Shown here: positions 35,692-50,717 of the stretch, one piece after another | How the letters are laid out: each line of letters starts with the position of its first letter | How positions within the stretch are numbered: the stretch's first letter is position 1 | Assembly (NCBI GenBank): GCA_963693365.1 | Contig: CAVNZM010000015.1 | Span: forward strand, 2,604,001 to 2,668,000 | Direction of reading: 5' to 3' | DNA length: 64,000 nt | Source: Amoebidium appalachense | Taxonomy: Eukaryota; Protista; Ichthyosporea | Program-made: the position numbers and the translations under genes | The notes under the pieces: generated by a model | The model's input: only the letters and a program-made list of their open reading frames with translations | Told to the model about the DNA's origin: nothing | Databases searched by the model: none

Positions 35692-36103
35692 GCGTTATGG
35701 TGTGTCAGGACACCATCGGTTGCTCCAGGGTGGTGCACGTGATCTTGTGGATGGGCAATGGGGGCGGACATGATGGCACCCCCACGTACAAGTTGGGAGG
35801 GGGTGGGGGTGGGGGGGAGAGAAGAGAGGGTGCGGGGGGAGGGGGGGGAGGGGAGGGAGAGAGAGGGATGAGAGGGGAAGAGGGGGGGGGGGGGGGGGGG
35901 AGGGGGGCCACCTAGGGGAGAAATGAAAGAGGGCTCGAAGGGGAAGGGGATGAGGAAAGAGCATAAGATAGGGTAAGAGGGGGGCAAGTTGACACTGTCT
36001 TCTCCTTTTCCGTGCACCTTCCCCACTGCTCCGGTGCCCGAACCCCCCTCCCTCCCCCCCGCCTCCCCCTCCAATCATCCCAAACCCCCACCCCCATCCA
36101 ACC

Positions 36104-36205
<102 letters not shown>

Positions 36206-36920
36206 TCACTCACCTCTGCTTTTCCCCAACAAGCACACTCCAGCCTCGCATACACACAGCAGGGAACTTGGAATCTTGCAACTAATCTTATTAAGGGACA
36301 CACAAGCACCAACGTGGAAACCGTCTTGGAAATTTTGGTTTCATTGGATTCGAGTATAGCCCTTGGTACCCAATCAAATCACAGGACTAATATAAATATG
36401 GAGACTAATATTTGCACACAGTGCAGCATAGGTCATTCACGCCATAGCGTTATAAGTAGTGTTAGTTACCGACTAAATATAAGGCCCGACATGTTAGGGC
36501 AACCAGTACCCTGAGCCGTCAAAAAAACAAAAGATTCCATAACTATCCCCCCAGCCCCCCCCCCCACCCCCCCCCCCCCCCCCACCACCACCACCAAGAG
36601 GTTAACTAAAACGTTGATGATAATCATAATGATTATAACAGTCATAAAACACAAAAGCCAATGAAATGAAATACTAAGATATAAAAACCGCTCGGGCATC
36701 TAGGTCAAACCAAACGTTTACGCTATACCAATATATGCTGATGAAATTCAACCCTTTCCGTCTTTATCAATTGCAATCTATCGTTAACAACCTCAACAAT
36801 ACGGTATAGTTATAACTCTTCTAAAGTTGTCCAAGAACAACAAAGCATCTTACAAAACACATATCCATCCGAAACCTCTCCCCACTCCCCCCCCCTCCCC
36901 CCCCCCCCCTCCCACCCTCT

Positions 36921-39900
36921 CTACAATGTAGATGAAGCATACGCATGTATCGATCCTGATGATTTCTTTGGCATCAGTGGTTCCATAGGGGGAGACTGTG
37001 TGAGTGACGTCACCTGGGCCGATGAAAGTCGTTGCAGCAGCCCGTGCAATTGGGCGACAGTCGCCGAGCCGCCGGCGTGTCCCAGGGGGCTGTGTTTCGG
37101 GAGAGTTCCCCCGTGAGTAGGGGGGTTAGGGTGCACATTTGGAATTGCCAGGGGGGCTGTAGACATGTCCAATATGCCCGGCACCATAGAAGCCTTCTTC
37201 ACCTTCTCCCCTTGTGCACGTAGCGTACCCTCGGCCACACCGGCAAACGCCCGCGCCCACAGCTCGCGAATTTCCGGCTTGAACCCCCCCGGGGTGGGGC
37301 CCAACCGCTTATCCAACAGCATAAGAAGCGCCCTGCCCGCTGCAACATACATTGCAAAGGTGATGTTACAGTCGGCATGCAGCTGCAGCATCTTTCTCAT
37401 GTGCTCCACTATCCCCTCCTGGCCCCCAGCGTTCGCCGCTCCCGTCGGCGGGGGCGGGGGCGGCGCGGCGGCGTCTCGTTGTGCATGTGGGCTACCGTGT
37501 GGTGTATTTGAAGGTTCCTCCCCAACCGTCAGAGCCAAAATGGTAGACATGAATTCGGCCTGTACCCTCAAACTGTGACCCAATGCACACTCGCCAACCG
37601 CAGGGCACATCACCGTCCACGCGGCGTAGAATTCGCGAGAGAGAATCGCAAAAGGGAACCTCTGTTCCGTGTGCGCTATTGCCACACATTCCTTCCACGA
37701 ACGTCGAATCTGCGCTTGGTCCCCCGGCGTCAAATCGTGGTCGAGAATCAACGGCGGCGGCCCCCCCGAGAACGTCTTTCCCCGCGCGCGCCGCCGCGTG
37801 TTTGGTGTGCTCTGTGCGCTATTGCTACCCCCTCCCCCTGCCTGTGCGCCGGTATGCTCTCTCTCCCCGCTGGGCGGTGATGAGGGTGGGCTGTCCGGGC
37901 CGCTAGGTGTCAGCTTGTTCATGATTGTATCCCGGAGTAACTCCGCGCTGGACGACCGGCGGAAATTTGAAATTCCAGACATACCAGTGCTCAACCTCCC
38001 CGGCGACCCGCCATCCCCCGCCAACGGCTCCACCCCAATCGCCGATACACGGGGAGACGCCGGCGTTCCCTCCCCACCCCGCATCATCAACCCACGGAAA
38101 AGCGTGCCGATGGGTGATTTCTGCCCTGGTGCATGGTGGGCGGCAATCCCATCCGGCCCAACCACACCTAGACTCGAGCCGCTACCGACAACGGGTTCTG
38201 ACGCGGAGTAACTAGCTGGTGTCTTCTGCTTGCGCCCGCGCTCGCCGTTTGAGCGTACGCTGTGGTTACTGTTTACGGATGCGAGAGACGTAGATGAAGT
38301 GGTCTGTCTCAACGGCAGCCTATCTGGGGGCCCATCCGTCTCTTCGTCGTTGAAACTGCTCTCAGACGAAAGCATGGACGTGCGCTGAAAAAGAGACTTC
38401 TTGCGCGATTTTGCCGCCGGCGACGGGCTCTCGTCTCCTAACGGCGAAAATAAACTCTTTCGCCTAGACCCCTCCTCCGTTGGGCTTGTCGACCCCACGA
38501 GCAAAAGCGCGTTGCTTGCGCGCCGCATGCCTTGCACCAGCGATGGAAAAATGCTCACCTTGCGCCCGCCGCCGGACCCGCCGCTCTTCTCCGAAACGTT
38601 GTCTAGACTCTGCGTACGCACGTCTTCGCCCGTTGTACTGGGTTGTGAATCTTCGTATCGCGCGCTGCTTCCCCTGCTGTGTTGCGAAACAGTATCGCCC
38701 AAAGACCCCATCGACCCCGTGCTCATGGTGCTGTTCATCTTACGCGCTACCCCGCTCCTTCGCCTGTCTTGTTTCTCGTCCGAGTGTGTGCTGTGGAAGG
38801 ACACCTGGTCGGGGTCTCTCTCCTTCTCCTTGCGCGGCATGATACTAAAACGGCGCGTTTTCTTTTCGACGAAACTATCCCCGGACTCATTTTCCTCTTT
38901 CACACTGTCCGAACTCCCCGTGCGTTTGAAAATACTCTGCCGCCGGTTGCCGCCAGAACTCCCAGAATCGCTCCCACCACCGCCGCCACCAAGAATCAAC
39001 AACGTGAATATCGACTGCTTGCGCGGTGCGGGGGCGGGTTTCTTTGCAGCGGGGATTTGCACCGTTGGATCATCGTCATCGCACGGCCCCAAATAAATAC
39101 CCCCGGGCCCATACAGGCAACCATCCCTCTCCTCCATCGTGTTTCGCTCTTTCGCTATTTCCGCAGCCGTTGGCCCCCTGTGGGTGGGCATTGGTACGGT
39201 GATGGATGGAGGCGCCGTATTCGCCCGCGCAAAATCCGTTCCGGAACCCGCCGGCGCGGCGGCTGTTCCCGTTGTCGCCGTGCTTATGCCCGATGCGCGA
39301 GCACCATCCATATCATGCCCCTCCCCCCATGCGAAAATGGAGCGAAGTTTGGAAAACCGCTTTTTGCTCGCTACCGACCCCGGTATAGGCACCACACCCG
39401 AATGCGTGGGTGACGCTAGCGGGCTGCCGGCGAGAGGCACGTGTGGGTTGCTCGTCGAGGGAGTAAAAGGGTTACCTACCCCTGCAGGGGTGGGTGCATT
39501 TGCGTGGTTTTCGCTGGCCGCCGGGTCATTTTCCCCTTGCAGCGCCGTTGTGGTGGTGGTAGGAGCGGGTGTATCGTCAACGTGCGGGGTGCTTGTGCGC
39601 TTTGTCTTGGGTTCGCTGTGGCGCTTAACAAAGGACGTCAGGGATTGGGTGGATGTAGATCTGCTTGTGGCCTTGCCCCCCTCCCCATCCTCCCCTCTCA
39701 ACTCCTCCGTACTGGGCCTCTTTCCCGTCTTGCCGCTGGCCCACTTTCCAAACTTGAACCCTGACCCCGCCCCCGTCTTCTGCTTGCTCGCCATCGCCGT
39801 ATCGCCGTCAGTTGCGGGTGCCGCCGTTGCCGCGGCAACCGGCTGCGGGTCCTCGTTTGATTGGCTCACGCTCACACCGTCCGGCTGTGTTGGCGGAGGA

Positions 39901-41865
39901 TCAGGCACATGTTTTGCCTCCACCCCCTTCTTTTTCGCCTCCAATTCAGACACCGATGTAGCTTTTGTCCGTGGCCCGTACGCCGTCTGCACCGCCGGCC
40001 ACCGCTTTTCCCCCCCGCCGCCCGCGGCCGCGTCCGCCTGCGCCTGTGCGAGTTTCGACGACAGGCTGTTTGCTTTGTCTCTGCTCCCCGTAGACGACCG
40101 TTTGTCCTCAGCACTGACACCAGACCCAGTTGAAGACACACTGGATGCCTTTTCGCGGCCGTGTTTCATCCCCGAAATTAGTGCCGTGAGCGTACCCGAC
40201 CGGTTTCGTTTCTTCTTGTCGTCCTCAGGCCCCGGGGACGGTGGCTCCTTGGTGTGGATACTATCCGCGCTGTTGCTCTTGGATGTTGGTGTAGTGGAGT
40301 GGGCGTCAAGGGAGGAGGCGCTCGGTGTTTCCGATTTTTTGCCCTCCTCCTGCTTAATACTTTCAAGAGAGGATCCGCGTGATGTTTGCACACTCGCAGA
40401 CGAACCAATGAGGACGGGTTTTGCATTTGTGGCCGGCGGGGAGCTTGGAAACGACGAACCGCTGATGCGAGTGAGCGAATGCGGGGGCTTGGGGCTACCC
40501 GGGGCGGAACTTGCCGACGTTCCAAAAGATGCGATTGGGGTTTGCGCACGCGGGGAACTGATACTCTGAAGGGAGATGGGGGGCGTTGTTGTCTTTTTCA
40601 GTTGCGCGGTGGCGGCTTGAAGCTGCTGTGTAAGCGTGTGAACCTCCGATTCCAGCGCTTTTACACGGTCATCCCTAGCACCCAACTCCTGTCTCAATAA
40701 TTCCATTTCCTGTCTCATCGATTCCTCCTCCTCCTTTGCGCCGTTGCATTGTTCCTCCAAATTCCTCTTTGCCTCTTCAAGTACCCTCACCCTCTGCCCC
40801 AAAACTTGCCGCATTCGCTCAATCTCTCCCTGGCACCCGCACAGACATTGACTGGGGGTGTGTGGCCCGTTATAGAACATACCCCCCGCACTCAACCGTG
40901 ACGTACCATCGGGCCCGAAGGGCTGGTTGCTTGCCGGGAACACCAAATAGGCATCCCACCCACTGCCCTCCATATCTCCGGGGTTTATCCGGTGTGTGCG
41001 TGCGTATGCCGCTAGGTCAGCCGGTACCGTGCCTGACCGACTAAGAGTTGACACATACTGGGTGGATTCACCTTGCCCCATGTTGCTCGCTACTTGCAAC
41101 GTGGGCGGCGGTGAAAAGGAGGAATCGCCCAGAGCATTGGGTGGATTTTTCGCCGATGAACTTTCCAAAAACGACAAATCGGGGGAAGTTAACGAAACCG
41201 GATGCTCCAACCCAGGGGTGGTATTCTCTCGGCATTGCGCTGCCCCATTATCCACACCACTTTTACATTCCGAAATTTTATGTGAAATTTCGCTCCAATG
41301 GGATGAATTTTCGTTCTGTGTGCCGCAGACGCTAATACATGTTTCCGACGGTACGGAAGCCAACCGTGCCTTGCTGCTCGGCTGAGACAAAGAGTGAGTG
41401 GTGGGGATGGTGGTTGTTGTATTCGTGGAATCTATCGAACTTCCGCTCCCGGGACCAGAATACGTATTCAGGCGGCGCGTGGCGGATATGGGAGCTTGGT
41501 CCGGGGGGGTGGGGGTGGAGGGGGTTACGTTGGAATGGCGCTTGCTTTGTGACTGGTTGTCGGTGGCGGCGGGGGTAGAGGAGAAAGAGGGAGGGTATGG
41601 GTTGGTGAACGTATCGGTGGTGATACCGGCACGGCTGGTGCGCTCACGTGAGAGAGTGTCCTTCTTGAATTGGCTCTCAAGTTCCTGTTAGATAGGGGGG
41701 AGTGATGTGTGAGAAGGGTGGATGGTGGGATGTGTGGGCAGCTGGGTGGATGGGCTGGGAGTGGGGGGGGGGAGGGAGGGGGGGGGGGGGGAAGGGGGCA
41801 AGAAGGGGCAGAGGACCCCGGGGGGGGGGGGGGGGGGAGGAGGAGGGAGGGGGCAAGGGGAGGGG

Positions 41866-41899
<34 letters not shown>

Positions 41900-42593
41900 C
41901 TATGACTATGTTTTTATGTGGTTATGGGCTGTGTGTGTTTGAACGTGTGTGCGTGTCTGAGTGTCTGTATAGCTGTGAGGTTCGGGAAGGGTGTGTGTGT
42001 CTGTGGTGACGGTGGTGGTGGTCGGGGGGAGGGGGGAGGGGGGGGGGGGGGGGGGGGGAGGATATTACAAACAGAGGTGGAATAACTGCACGAGAGAAAA
42101 AAATGACAGCCCCAGACACACAACAAGGAGAACATAAAGAAAACACAGCAGCCCAACACATACAACAAAAGAATACAAAGACAATAATAGCAGCCCGGCA
42201 CACACACACACAAAAAGGGCAAACACACGCGTGTACGGCCATCTAGGCATCGTACAGAACAAACATGTGCGTCTCTGTACACATCGGCGTTGGGGGGTGG
42301 GGTGAGGGGGGGGGGGAGGGGGGGGGGGGGGGGGGGGGACTTAGGTGAGGGCGTGGGCAAGGGTGGGTTGTGGGTGGGTGAGTGAGTGAGTGTGTGTGTG
42401 TTGGGGGGGGGGGGGAGGGGGGAGGGAGGAGGGGGGGGGGGGGGGGGGGGGGCAGGCAGGGGGTATGGCAGTGGTAGATGAGATAGGATAGCGTACACAG
42501 CATAAAAGAAAATAGCTGGATGGTGAACTGAGAGAGGGGTGAAGCACAGGGGTGGGAGGCAGAAGAGACAGAGGTGGTGGTGATGGTGATGGT

Positions 42594-42624
<31 letters not shown>

Positions 42625-42694
42625 GGGGGAGGGGGAAGGGGGGGGAGTGGGGGGAAAAGGAGGGACCGTCCGGGGGGGGGGGGGGGGGGGGGAT

Positions 42695-42733
<39 letters not shown>

Positions 42734-43484
42734 CGCGGAGGAGACATATGCAATAGCCTGTGGTTAACGTGGAAGTAAAGGTATCAGAACGCAGAAAAAT
42801 AGAAACACAAAACAGAAACGAGCTTGATTGTGCAGGTAACAGGCGCTATAACAGTGCACATCCACCGGTGGGTTCCTATCCCCCCACAAGAAACGTTGCA
42901 TATATTTGCTGTTGTATTTGCATTTTGATTTTTTATGGGAAGGGAAGGTTGGGGAGGGCGGGGAATGGGAGGGGGGGGGGAGGAATAAAGCATACATTTG
43001 AGGTTGCCAAGTAATAAAAGGAGAACAGGAGGGGCAAAGGGGGGAGGTGGGGGGAGGGGGGAGGAGGGGGAGGAGGAGGGGTGGATAGAGATGTTCTGCA
43101 TTAGAGGTCCGGTGGAGTTATGGAAGAAGAGAAACAAAATCCAAAGACAAAATTCCATAAAAATAAAAATTCAAACCAGGGGGAATGGCATGTCAATTTG
43201 TGCGTTCACGTGGAGAATTTTTATTGGCAGACTTCCCCCTCCTCTCTCCCATTACCCCCCTCCCCCCTGCCCACACGACAATCCAAACAAATAAGCAACA
43301 ACAGCAACAAAAATAGAAACAAAGGAAGAAAGGAAGAAATAAAAAGAAAAACGAGTCTTGCAATGCAAAGCAGTTGCTAAATGCAAATAATTCGTAAACG
43401 CCAAGGCAACAATCCTCGCACGACATTTCATGCGTAAGCATTCCGTTTGCGTGTGTTTGGATTTGCGTGTGTGGTTTGTGTGTC

Positions 43485-43572
<88 letters not shown>

Positions 43573-43589
43573 CAGTGTCTGTATATATC

Positions 43590-43621
<32 letters not shown>

Positions 43622-44212
43622 CGCGCGTGTGTGCACGCCTGCACGCATGTGTGTGCACGTGTGTGCTGCGTCTACATGTATGTTCTACTGGAAATTGTTT
43701 TTGTGCGTGGATGCAAGTACGAGAATGAACGTGGATGCTACATGGCAATGTTTTGGTGCATGCTACATACTACCCCATAATCACCGGGTTTTGCATGCTA
43801 AATATTAGTGAATGGTTTGCTGGATGTTCGTCTGATTTTGTGCGCTCAAGATTGTAAATGTGGGTTGGAAAGTGTTTTTTGTGCCTGCCAAATCTGCGTG
43901 CTTGTTACCTGCGTGTAAGAAACGGTGCGGGATGGCATGCAGGTCAAAGCTTCTGTGTCTTGGCATCATACAAGTGATTGCATTCAAATTTATGCGAATA
44001 ATGTAATGTGTGTGCTTGTGTTCATACTTGAGGGAATGTAGTGCATGCACGTGTATGCCTGTGAGCGGAAGTAAAAGTTATGGCTGTGATGTGTTGTGTA
44101 AGTGTTTGTGCTGGTCCAGTGTCTATGTCCGCTTGTGTCAGCGAGTGTGTTTCTACATTGTGTGTGTTCTCGTGCATGTGTGGTGTGTGGTGTGTAGTGT
44201 GTGTATTGTGTT

Positions 44213-44281
<69 letters not shown>

Positions 44282-44748
44282 TGGCTACTAATCCCCTCCG
44301 CCCCTCCCCCCCCCTCCCCCCCCCCCCCCCCCCTCCCCTCCCTTTCCCCCTCTCCCCCCTTCCCGCATCTTGCCCCTGGCTCCCTATTCATACGAACCCG
44401 TCGCCCCAAAAGTTTAACCTCTCTCCTGCACATGCACACACTCAAACACACGCAGGCACTCAGCATCTCTTCCCCCATCCTCACCTGAACATGCTGCCTA
44501 ACCGTTGCCGTGCGCTTGAGCGCGTTGCTGTTTGGGGTGGGTGGGGATTGTGCCCCCGCCGTGACATTTGCGAGAGTAACCCCGGCCGTAGGGTTAACCC
44601 CACGCACGGTTCCGGCACGGCTTTCAAAGGTGCGTGCCTTTGCACGCACGGCACTTGCTTCGGCCTCCTTTTCCTCCTCCAGCTTTTGCTCGGCGGCTAG
44701 CTTAGCAGCAGCCTGTGCTGCATGCTTTAAGTCCTTGTCTTTACCCAT
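36921..44748 (-). CDS. Large (~1675 aa) mostly disordered Ser/Pro/Gly-rich protein with a coiled coil and a C-terminal globin domain; 2 exons
   Basis: Exon 1 44748-44485 (MGKDKDL...RQHVQ|GTGAGG) joins exon 2 41684-36921 (CTAACAG|GAA), which is open and in frame with the 1489-aa ORF. Coiled coil IERMRQ...LKK. Globin motifs LTPGDQAQIRRSW, REFY, LRVQAE, MLQLHADCNI, YVAAGRALL, ELWARAFAGVA. Confidence 0.85.
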
Positions 44749-45996
44749 TATGTGCTTGTGGATGGGTGAACCATGTGCGGCATTCGCGTGATGTGCTTGA
44801 TTGTGAAAATGGTGCACAGTTGTGGGGATGTGATGTTGAGATTTGTGATTGGTTAGAATGAGCTACTACTTACTACGATCGATGGTAGCAATTAAAAGCA
44901 TAGGAGGAATGAAAGTCACAAGCTACGTGTGTGTGTGTGTGTGTGCATGCGTTGTGTGATCGCCTGCTGTGAGGCTCAAAAGGATGACTTGCTATCCATA
45001 ATCCGAGGCCAATTTTCGAATTTGACATAAACGTTCTCTGATTCTTGATAAAGCCGTAAAGTAGGAACTAAACTGTCAGTGCTGCCAGTCCCTATTCTCA
45101 CTTCTCAAGTGTGTATGTTGCACCTTCGGCCGTACTTCACATAAACAACTATACACACACTGTTTCCGTTGTGTGGGCAGTCATGTTGCTGCCAGCGCTG
45201 GTGCGCACAGAGACCGGCAACCGACTGTCCAGAGCGCGATAATGATTCGCTGAGCTTCCGATAAAAAATCGAATAATGATGGCAACTATGCCTTAAATGT
45301 GACTACGAGCGGTACAAAAAAAATAACATTGATGCTGTGTAATTAAATTGAGAATTGTTTTTATTCCGTATTTGTATTTGAGAATGTCTTAAAAAGTCGC
45401 CAGTGCTATCGCATTTCTTTCTTTCATGAAGAGACCTTTCTTCCACTCGCGCGGCATGAGTGGCTGAAGGTCATATGCGCCTATTATTGCCTTTTGGTTC
45501 ATCCCGACTAGACCAATCAGGTGTTGGAACGTGCAGGAATGCTGGTGCGGTTTTAACCAATCAGTGATATCTGCCGTGCTTCCAATTTGGATCCTTACAA
45601 TGTGACGCCTACGGCGCTTTTGCAGACACCTGCACACAACACAGTACCGCCACTTCAGAGTGCGACTCCCCATCGCCAGGGCAGAGGATGCACGAATTCT
45701 GGACATGTCTGGCATGCGCACGAGATGGTAGAGCTATACCGTGCACAAAGTTTTACGTATACACTATCTGACTGATCATCAAGTTCTGTCGATCTGCGTG
45801 GACACTTGGCGTGCTGCACACATGTAAGTGTGGCGTTGAGCAGTGGTTGATTAGTTATCTCAGTATCCATCCGGTTCAGAACGTACGTACGTCCGTCGGC
45901 TTGCACTAATAGTTGAAAGGCCTACTGCTGGTAACAATCGTTACAATACATACTGTACAGTACCGTAATAATCCGTCAGACGCAATGTGCGTCACA

Positions 45997-46287
45997 CAGG
46001 CTGCCTTTCACACAGGAGGTTTGGCGGCCCGGGTACCATATCAGGAGCGGGCAATTTTTGAATTCTCCCTCCCCGGCCCCGCCGGGGAAAATTTGAGGTT
46101 TTTGGACCTCAAAGAAGTCAAATCCTGCAAAATCCACTACCGGGAGGCCAAAAAGGGTGATTTTACAAAAAAGGAGGGACATACATGAAAAAGAGAAAAT
46201 GGGCGAGTTCAGTGGGCTGCCGATAAGTATATTTCGTGCTGGGCCGGTATACATGCTGCCGTGGTTGTTGCTGTAGACGGCAGTATG
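45997..46287. mobile_element. Candidate old hAT-like MITE (~290 bp)
   Basis: Imperfect TIRs: CAGGCTGCCTTTCACACAG versus the reverse complement of the right end, CATACTGCCGTCTACAG. Flanking 8-mers GCGTCACA and GCATCGCA match 6/8, and both differences are transitions. Confidence 0.45.
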
Positions 46288-46902
46288 GCATCGCATGTGT
46301 CACGTGACCTGCACGTGAATGCGACCATGTGCAGGCACTGAGTCTAGGGGGATTTGTATGTGTGTTTTGGAGCACCGACAAGGCAGAGCCAGGGTGAGGG
46401 ATGTGTAAACATGGAGTTTAGGGAGATCGTGCTGCTATTGTAACATGTGCACAAAACAGCCACGTGCACCGGCACACTCCGGTGTACAGAACAATAATAT
46501 GCACATGCGTCACTGTAATATCATGTATGCGCATGCCGCACAAGGTTTAGGAGACCACCACAGTATATACTATTTTCTTTTGGTTGATATCCATGTAGGA
46601 ATGGTGTGTTGCAGTTGTCATGATCAGCCTGAGGCAGGCACGTGCACTCACTGAATCACTAGAACTCATGAATAAAAAATACATTCGCTAAAAACGGCAA
46701 GGTAAATTTGGGGCCAAGCTATTATTTCCCCCTTTTAAACGTTTTTTTAGCTCCAAGAACTTCGACGCCAAAATTTCTATATTTGGCCATCGTATATGAT
46801 AATGAACACGTGTACTTAAATTAAAGTAGTTATATAAATATGAGCGGCCCGTTACAAATACAGTGACGAAAAACAGTGACCCACGAGCAGTTTTTCTTTC
46901 TA

Positions 46903-46971
<69 letters not shown>

Positions 46972-48290
46972 AGACACACACACCACCACCACGGTGACCA
47001 CCACCACCACCACCACCACCACTCACCCCTTAAAAAAACCACACACATACGTGCACGTGTACACACACACACAGAACACCACCACCACCTCCACTGGACC
47101 CCATTTCCTCGTTGTTTTCTTAAGCCTTCAGACCAGTCCTGCACACTGGAGTTAAACAATTGAATTCACCTAGGCTGACATGCATCCACCCCCGCCTTCC
47201 ACTTCCCTCCCCCCACCCCCACCCCCCCCCCCCCCCCCCCACCCCCACCCCCTCCCCCTCGATGAAGAAGGGCCCCCGTAAGCCTTGGGGGGGGGGGGGG
47301 AGGGGGGGGGGGGAAGGGGAAGGGGGGAGCTCTTGAGCCTCCGGGTAGGGAAGTGGGGTCCGGGGATCCGGAGAGGGAGGGGGGGGGGGGGGGGGGGGAA
47401 GGGGCATATAATATTGGGCCTAGATATCATAGTATGGGGCCCCGGGGGAGGGAGAGGTGGGGGGGGGAGGGGGGAGGATCCACGGGAAAGACCTTTAGGT
47501 GCATGTTCTTATTTATACCCCCTTCGAATCATCCCCCCTCCTCCCCCCCCCCCCCCCCCCTGAGTGCAGGCCGTGACGTAGCTACGATAACCCTGCAGAA
47601 GGCAACAAAAATGTATTAATTACTAGCACTATACATGTGTTCATAGTGCAGCTTGCACCACGTATGATCTCAGCAACTTTAAAGTAGTCACAAAGTTTAG
47701 TTATTTTCATTATTTTCATTGCTCTGAACTCTATTACTCTGAAATGATCACCGTGCATGTGCCGCAAGATAACAACCCTATATGTGTGCAGCTGCTGCCT
47801 GCAGGTTAGACTCGCTGAAAAGACAATTGTCAGTGTGCATCCGACGCTTGCAGCTGCAGCTAGCCTCTGCAACATTAATACTTGCCAAGTGAATGCTCTT
47901 ACACTTGATCATCATTCACTCAAAAAACCGAGGACCGACAGATTAAATATTAATGTCGATCCGAATGATCAGCAAGTGTCTATGCGTACTACTATATATA
48001 CACACACGTAAAATGCGAAGCTATCAGTTACAAGGCACACCTGCTGCACTGGCACACATACACATACACACCGGCAGATCGATGCTGTCAAAATTTACTT
48101 TCATGTACTTCGTAGGTCCGACACAGGTGCACATGAACACGTACATATGTACAAGCCGCGCACACACCACACCACACATACACACACACACACACACACT
48201 CACACACACACACGCACACACGCACACACGCACACACGCACACACGCACGCACGCACGCACACACACACACACACGCACGCACGCGCGCG

Positions 48291-48398
<108 letters not shown>

Positions 48399-48723
48399 GA
48401 CACACACACACACACACACATCACTGGGTGCGCTCGCTGGGGATTAGTTTTTTGGCACGCTGTTGACTTTATCGTGTGTTTATTATTTGCTATTTATTGG
48501 CCAGCGGCCAACATTTAAAAATATACTATATACCTAAAAATAGATACTGACTACGGCCAGCAGACATTATACACCTTCCAGGACACATTAACACCAATAG
48601 TCTAACACACCATACTCTCGATCACAAAGAATTCCTAACAAACAGAGAAAAGTGCAAAGGCTCTGTACTATTACTCAGATTCTAAATTTTAATTCTTTAC
48701 AGTAAACTTCGGAATGAAAGCTA

Positions 48724-48756
<33 letters not shown>

Positions 48757-50505
48757 CCCTAACATGACTGTACGAAGAACAGGTATAACTTGAAGCACTA
48801 CAACACATATGAGATCCGTTACATTGGTGTACATTCCAATATTAGACACTAGTTTGGCTACTCTGACTACTCTGAGATCCTGATTGGCTGCCTGCAGACT
48901 TGCGGCCACGATTACTTTGCTTTCGATCGTGCCATTGCAGCTGCGTCTCTCCAGCAGGTGGCAACGCCAGGCCCAGCACAGCAGATGCACGAGAAGGGGG
49001 TGGGAACTGCCCACCAGCCGAGGGCTGGCCCACATGGCCCAAGTAAGGATGGGGACCGTGCTGCGGCAGTAGCCCAGGCATGGGGAAGGCAGGGCCGGGC
49101 TGAGGCGGCATGATGCCCCACGGTGGGGGCCAGCCATGTGGGTGGTGCGGGCCTGGATGGGGTGCAGGGGGCATGTGCGGCACATGGCCCTGCTGCATGT
49201 CAAGCGCGGGTGCTGGTGGCATGGCATCCTGATTGGCTGCAACCCAACGTGGGCAGCTCTTGGCCCGATTGGAGCCGAGGCAGCCCTTGCCCTGGCGGCC
49301 ACACGTCTTGCAGGTCTTGGGGGCTCTCTGGGGTGGCTGCATAGGAGGGGGCACCGGCAAATCCATCTGCAGGGGCCCCTCAGGGCCAATGTTGCGATGC
49401 TTTTTGCCCACTAGCATGGGCAAGGGCCGCTCACGCTGCGCCCCTGCATCGACACCGTCTGGAACAGGGAGGGGTGGCAAGGGGGCAGGCCGTATGGTTG
49501 CTGGCACAGCGTCTGCCCTCTCCTCGCGCATACGCTTGCGGTGATCTGCCAGGCCCTCGTGTGTGGAGCGCTGTGCATGTGCCGTCTGCCAGGTCTTCCA
49601 CTTGTCGAAATGCTTCTTGATGTAGGCCGCATCCTTCATGTAGATTCCCCCAGCCACAGAGGCAGCCTTGTTGAAGTCTTGGGCCAAAGCCTCGAACAGC
49701 TGGCCGTTGGGCTTTGCATGTGCCTTGTAGGTGCCCAGGAGCAGCGTGCTGAATAGCTTGCGCTCCTGAGGGGTAAGCACCGGAAGGAAGGGGATGGCCA
49801 CATGTTGCTTCTGCGCCAGGAACTTGTAGTCGCCCCTCAGTGCAGGGTCCGGCTGTGGTGCACCACGCGCCACCTGGTTGCCCCCCCCCATGGCAGCACC
49901 GTCACCCTCCTCGACCTCACAGTCCTCTGGCCCGCCCATCACGCCATTGGCTGCAGGCTCGATGTTATCAGACGGAGGTGGGGGTGCGGGCACCGCAACT
50001 GGCTCCTGCGCCGGGGCATTGGCCACACAGGAGAGCGGGGCAAAGTTGAAGTACTCCTCCGGTAGCTTGTAGCAGCCTACGGGTACCCACTGGGGGTCGA
50101 GGTGATGGCCGTACAGCATCAGCGCCAGTGCCTCCATGTCGTCAACAATCCAGGGGCTGTAGTGGGGGGGCCCCGATGCCTGGCCCAGGCGGTTGCGGTA
50201 GTGTGCACGCAGGTTGTGGCGGTGGCGCCTATTGGACATGGTGGCGTCCAGCAGGCGCAGCGACATGCGTGTGGCCCCAAAGTGGGTGGCCAGGGGGTTG
50301 TGCACTGCCCCCTCCACCTCGTTGGTGCCCCGGATGCAGCGGTAGCGCATGAGCCCATCTGCGTCGGCAGTGGTCTCGTAGTAGAGGGGCAGGCCGGGGG
50401 GGGTCCGACAGACAGCCATTTTGGGCGTGTTCGAGCAGCGACTGTGGGGGCACAAGCAAACATCAGAGAGATGGGTGGGTGGTGGTGGTGGTAGTGTGTG
50501 TGTGT

Positions 50506-50572
<67 letters not shown>

Positions 50573-50645
50573 TGGGGTTGCTAAGGAAAAAAACGAGCAG
50601 GGAAAGGCAAAAAACAACTGGCTAGGCAGCAAGGGCCGTGCGGGC

Positions 50646-50717
<72 letters not shown>

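Noticed and set aside
38401-40569. Long plus-strand ORFs (231, 244 and 476 aa)
   Set aside because: Antisense shadows of the GC-rich minus-strand globin-domain gene.
45389-45960. Cys-rich short ORFs on the minus strand
   Set aside because: Interrupted by stops, with no recognisable family; at most an old fragment.
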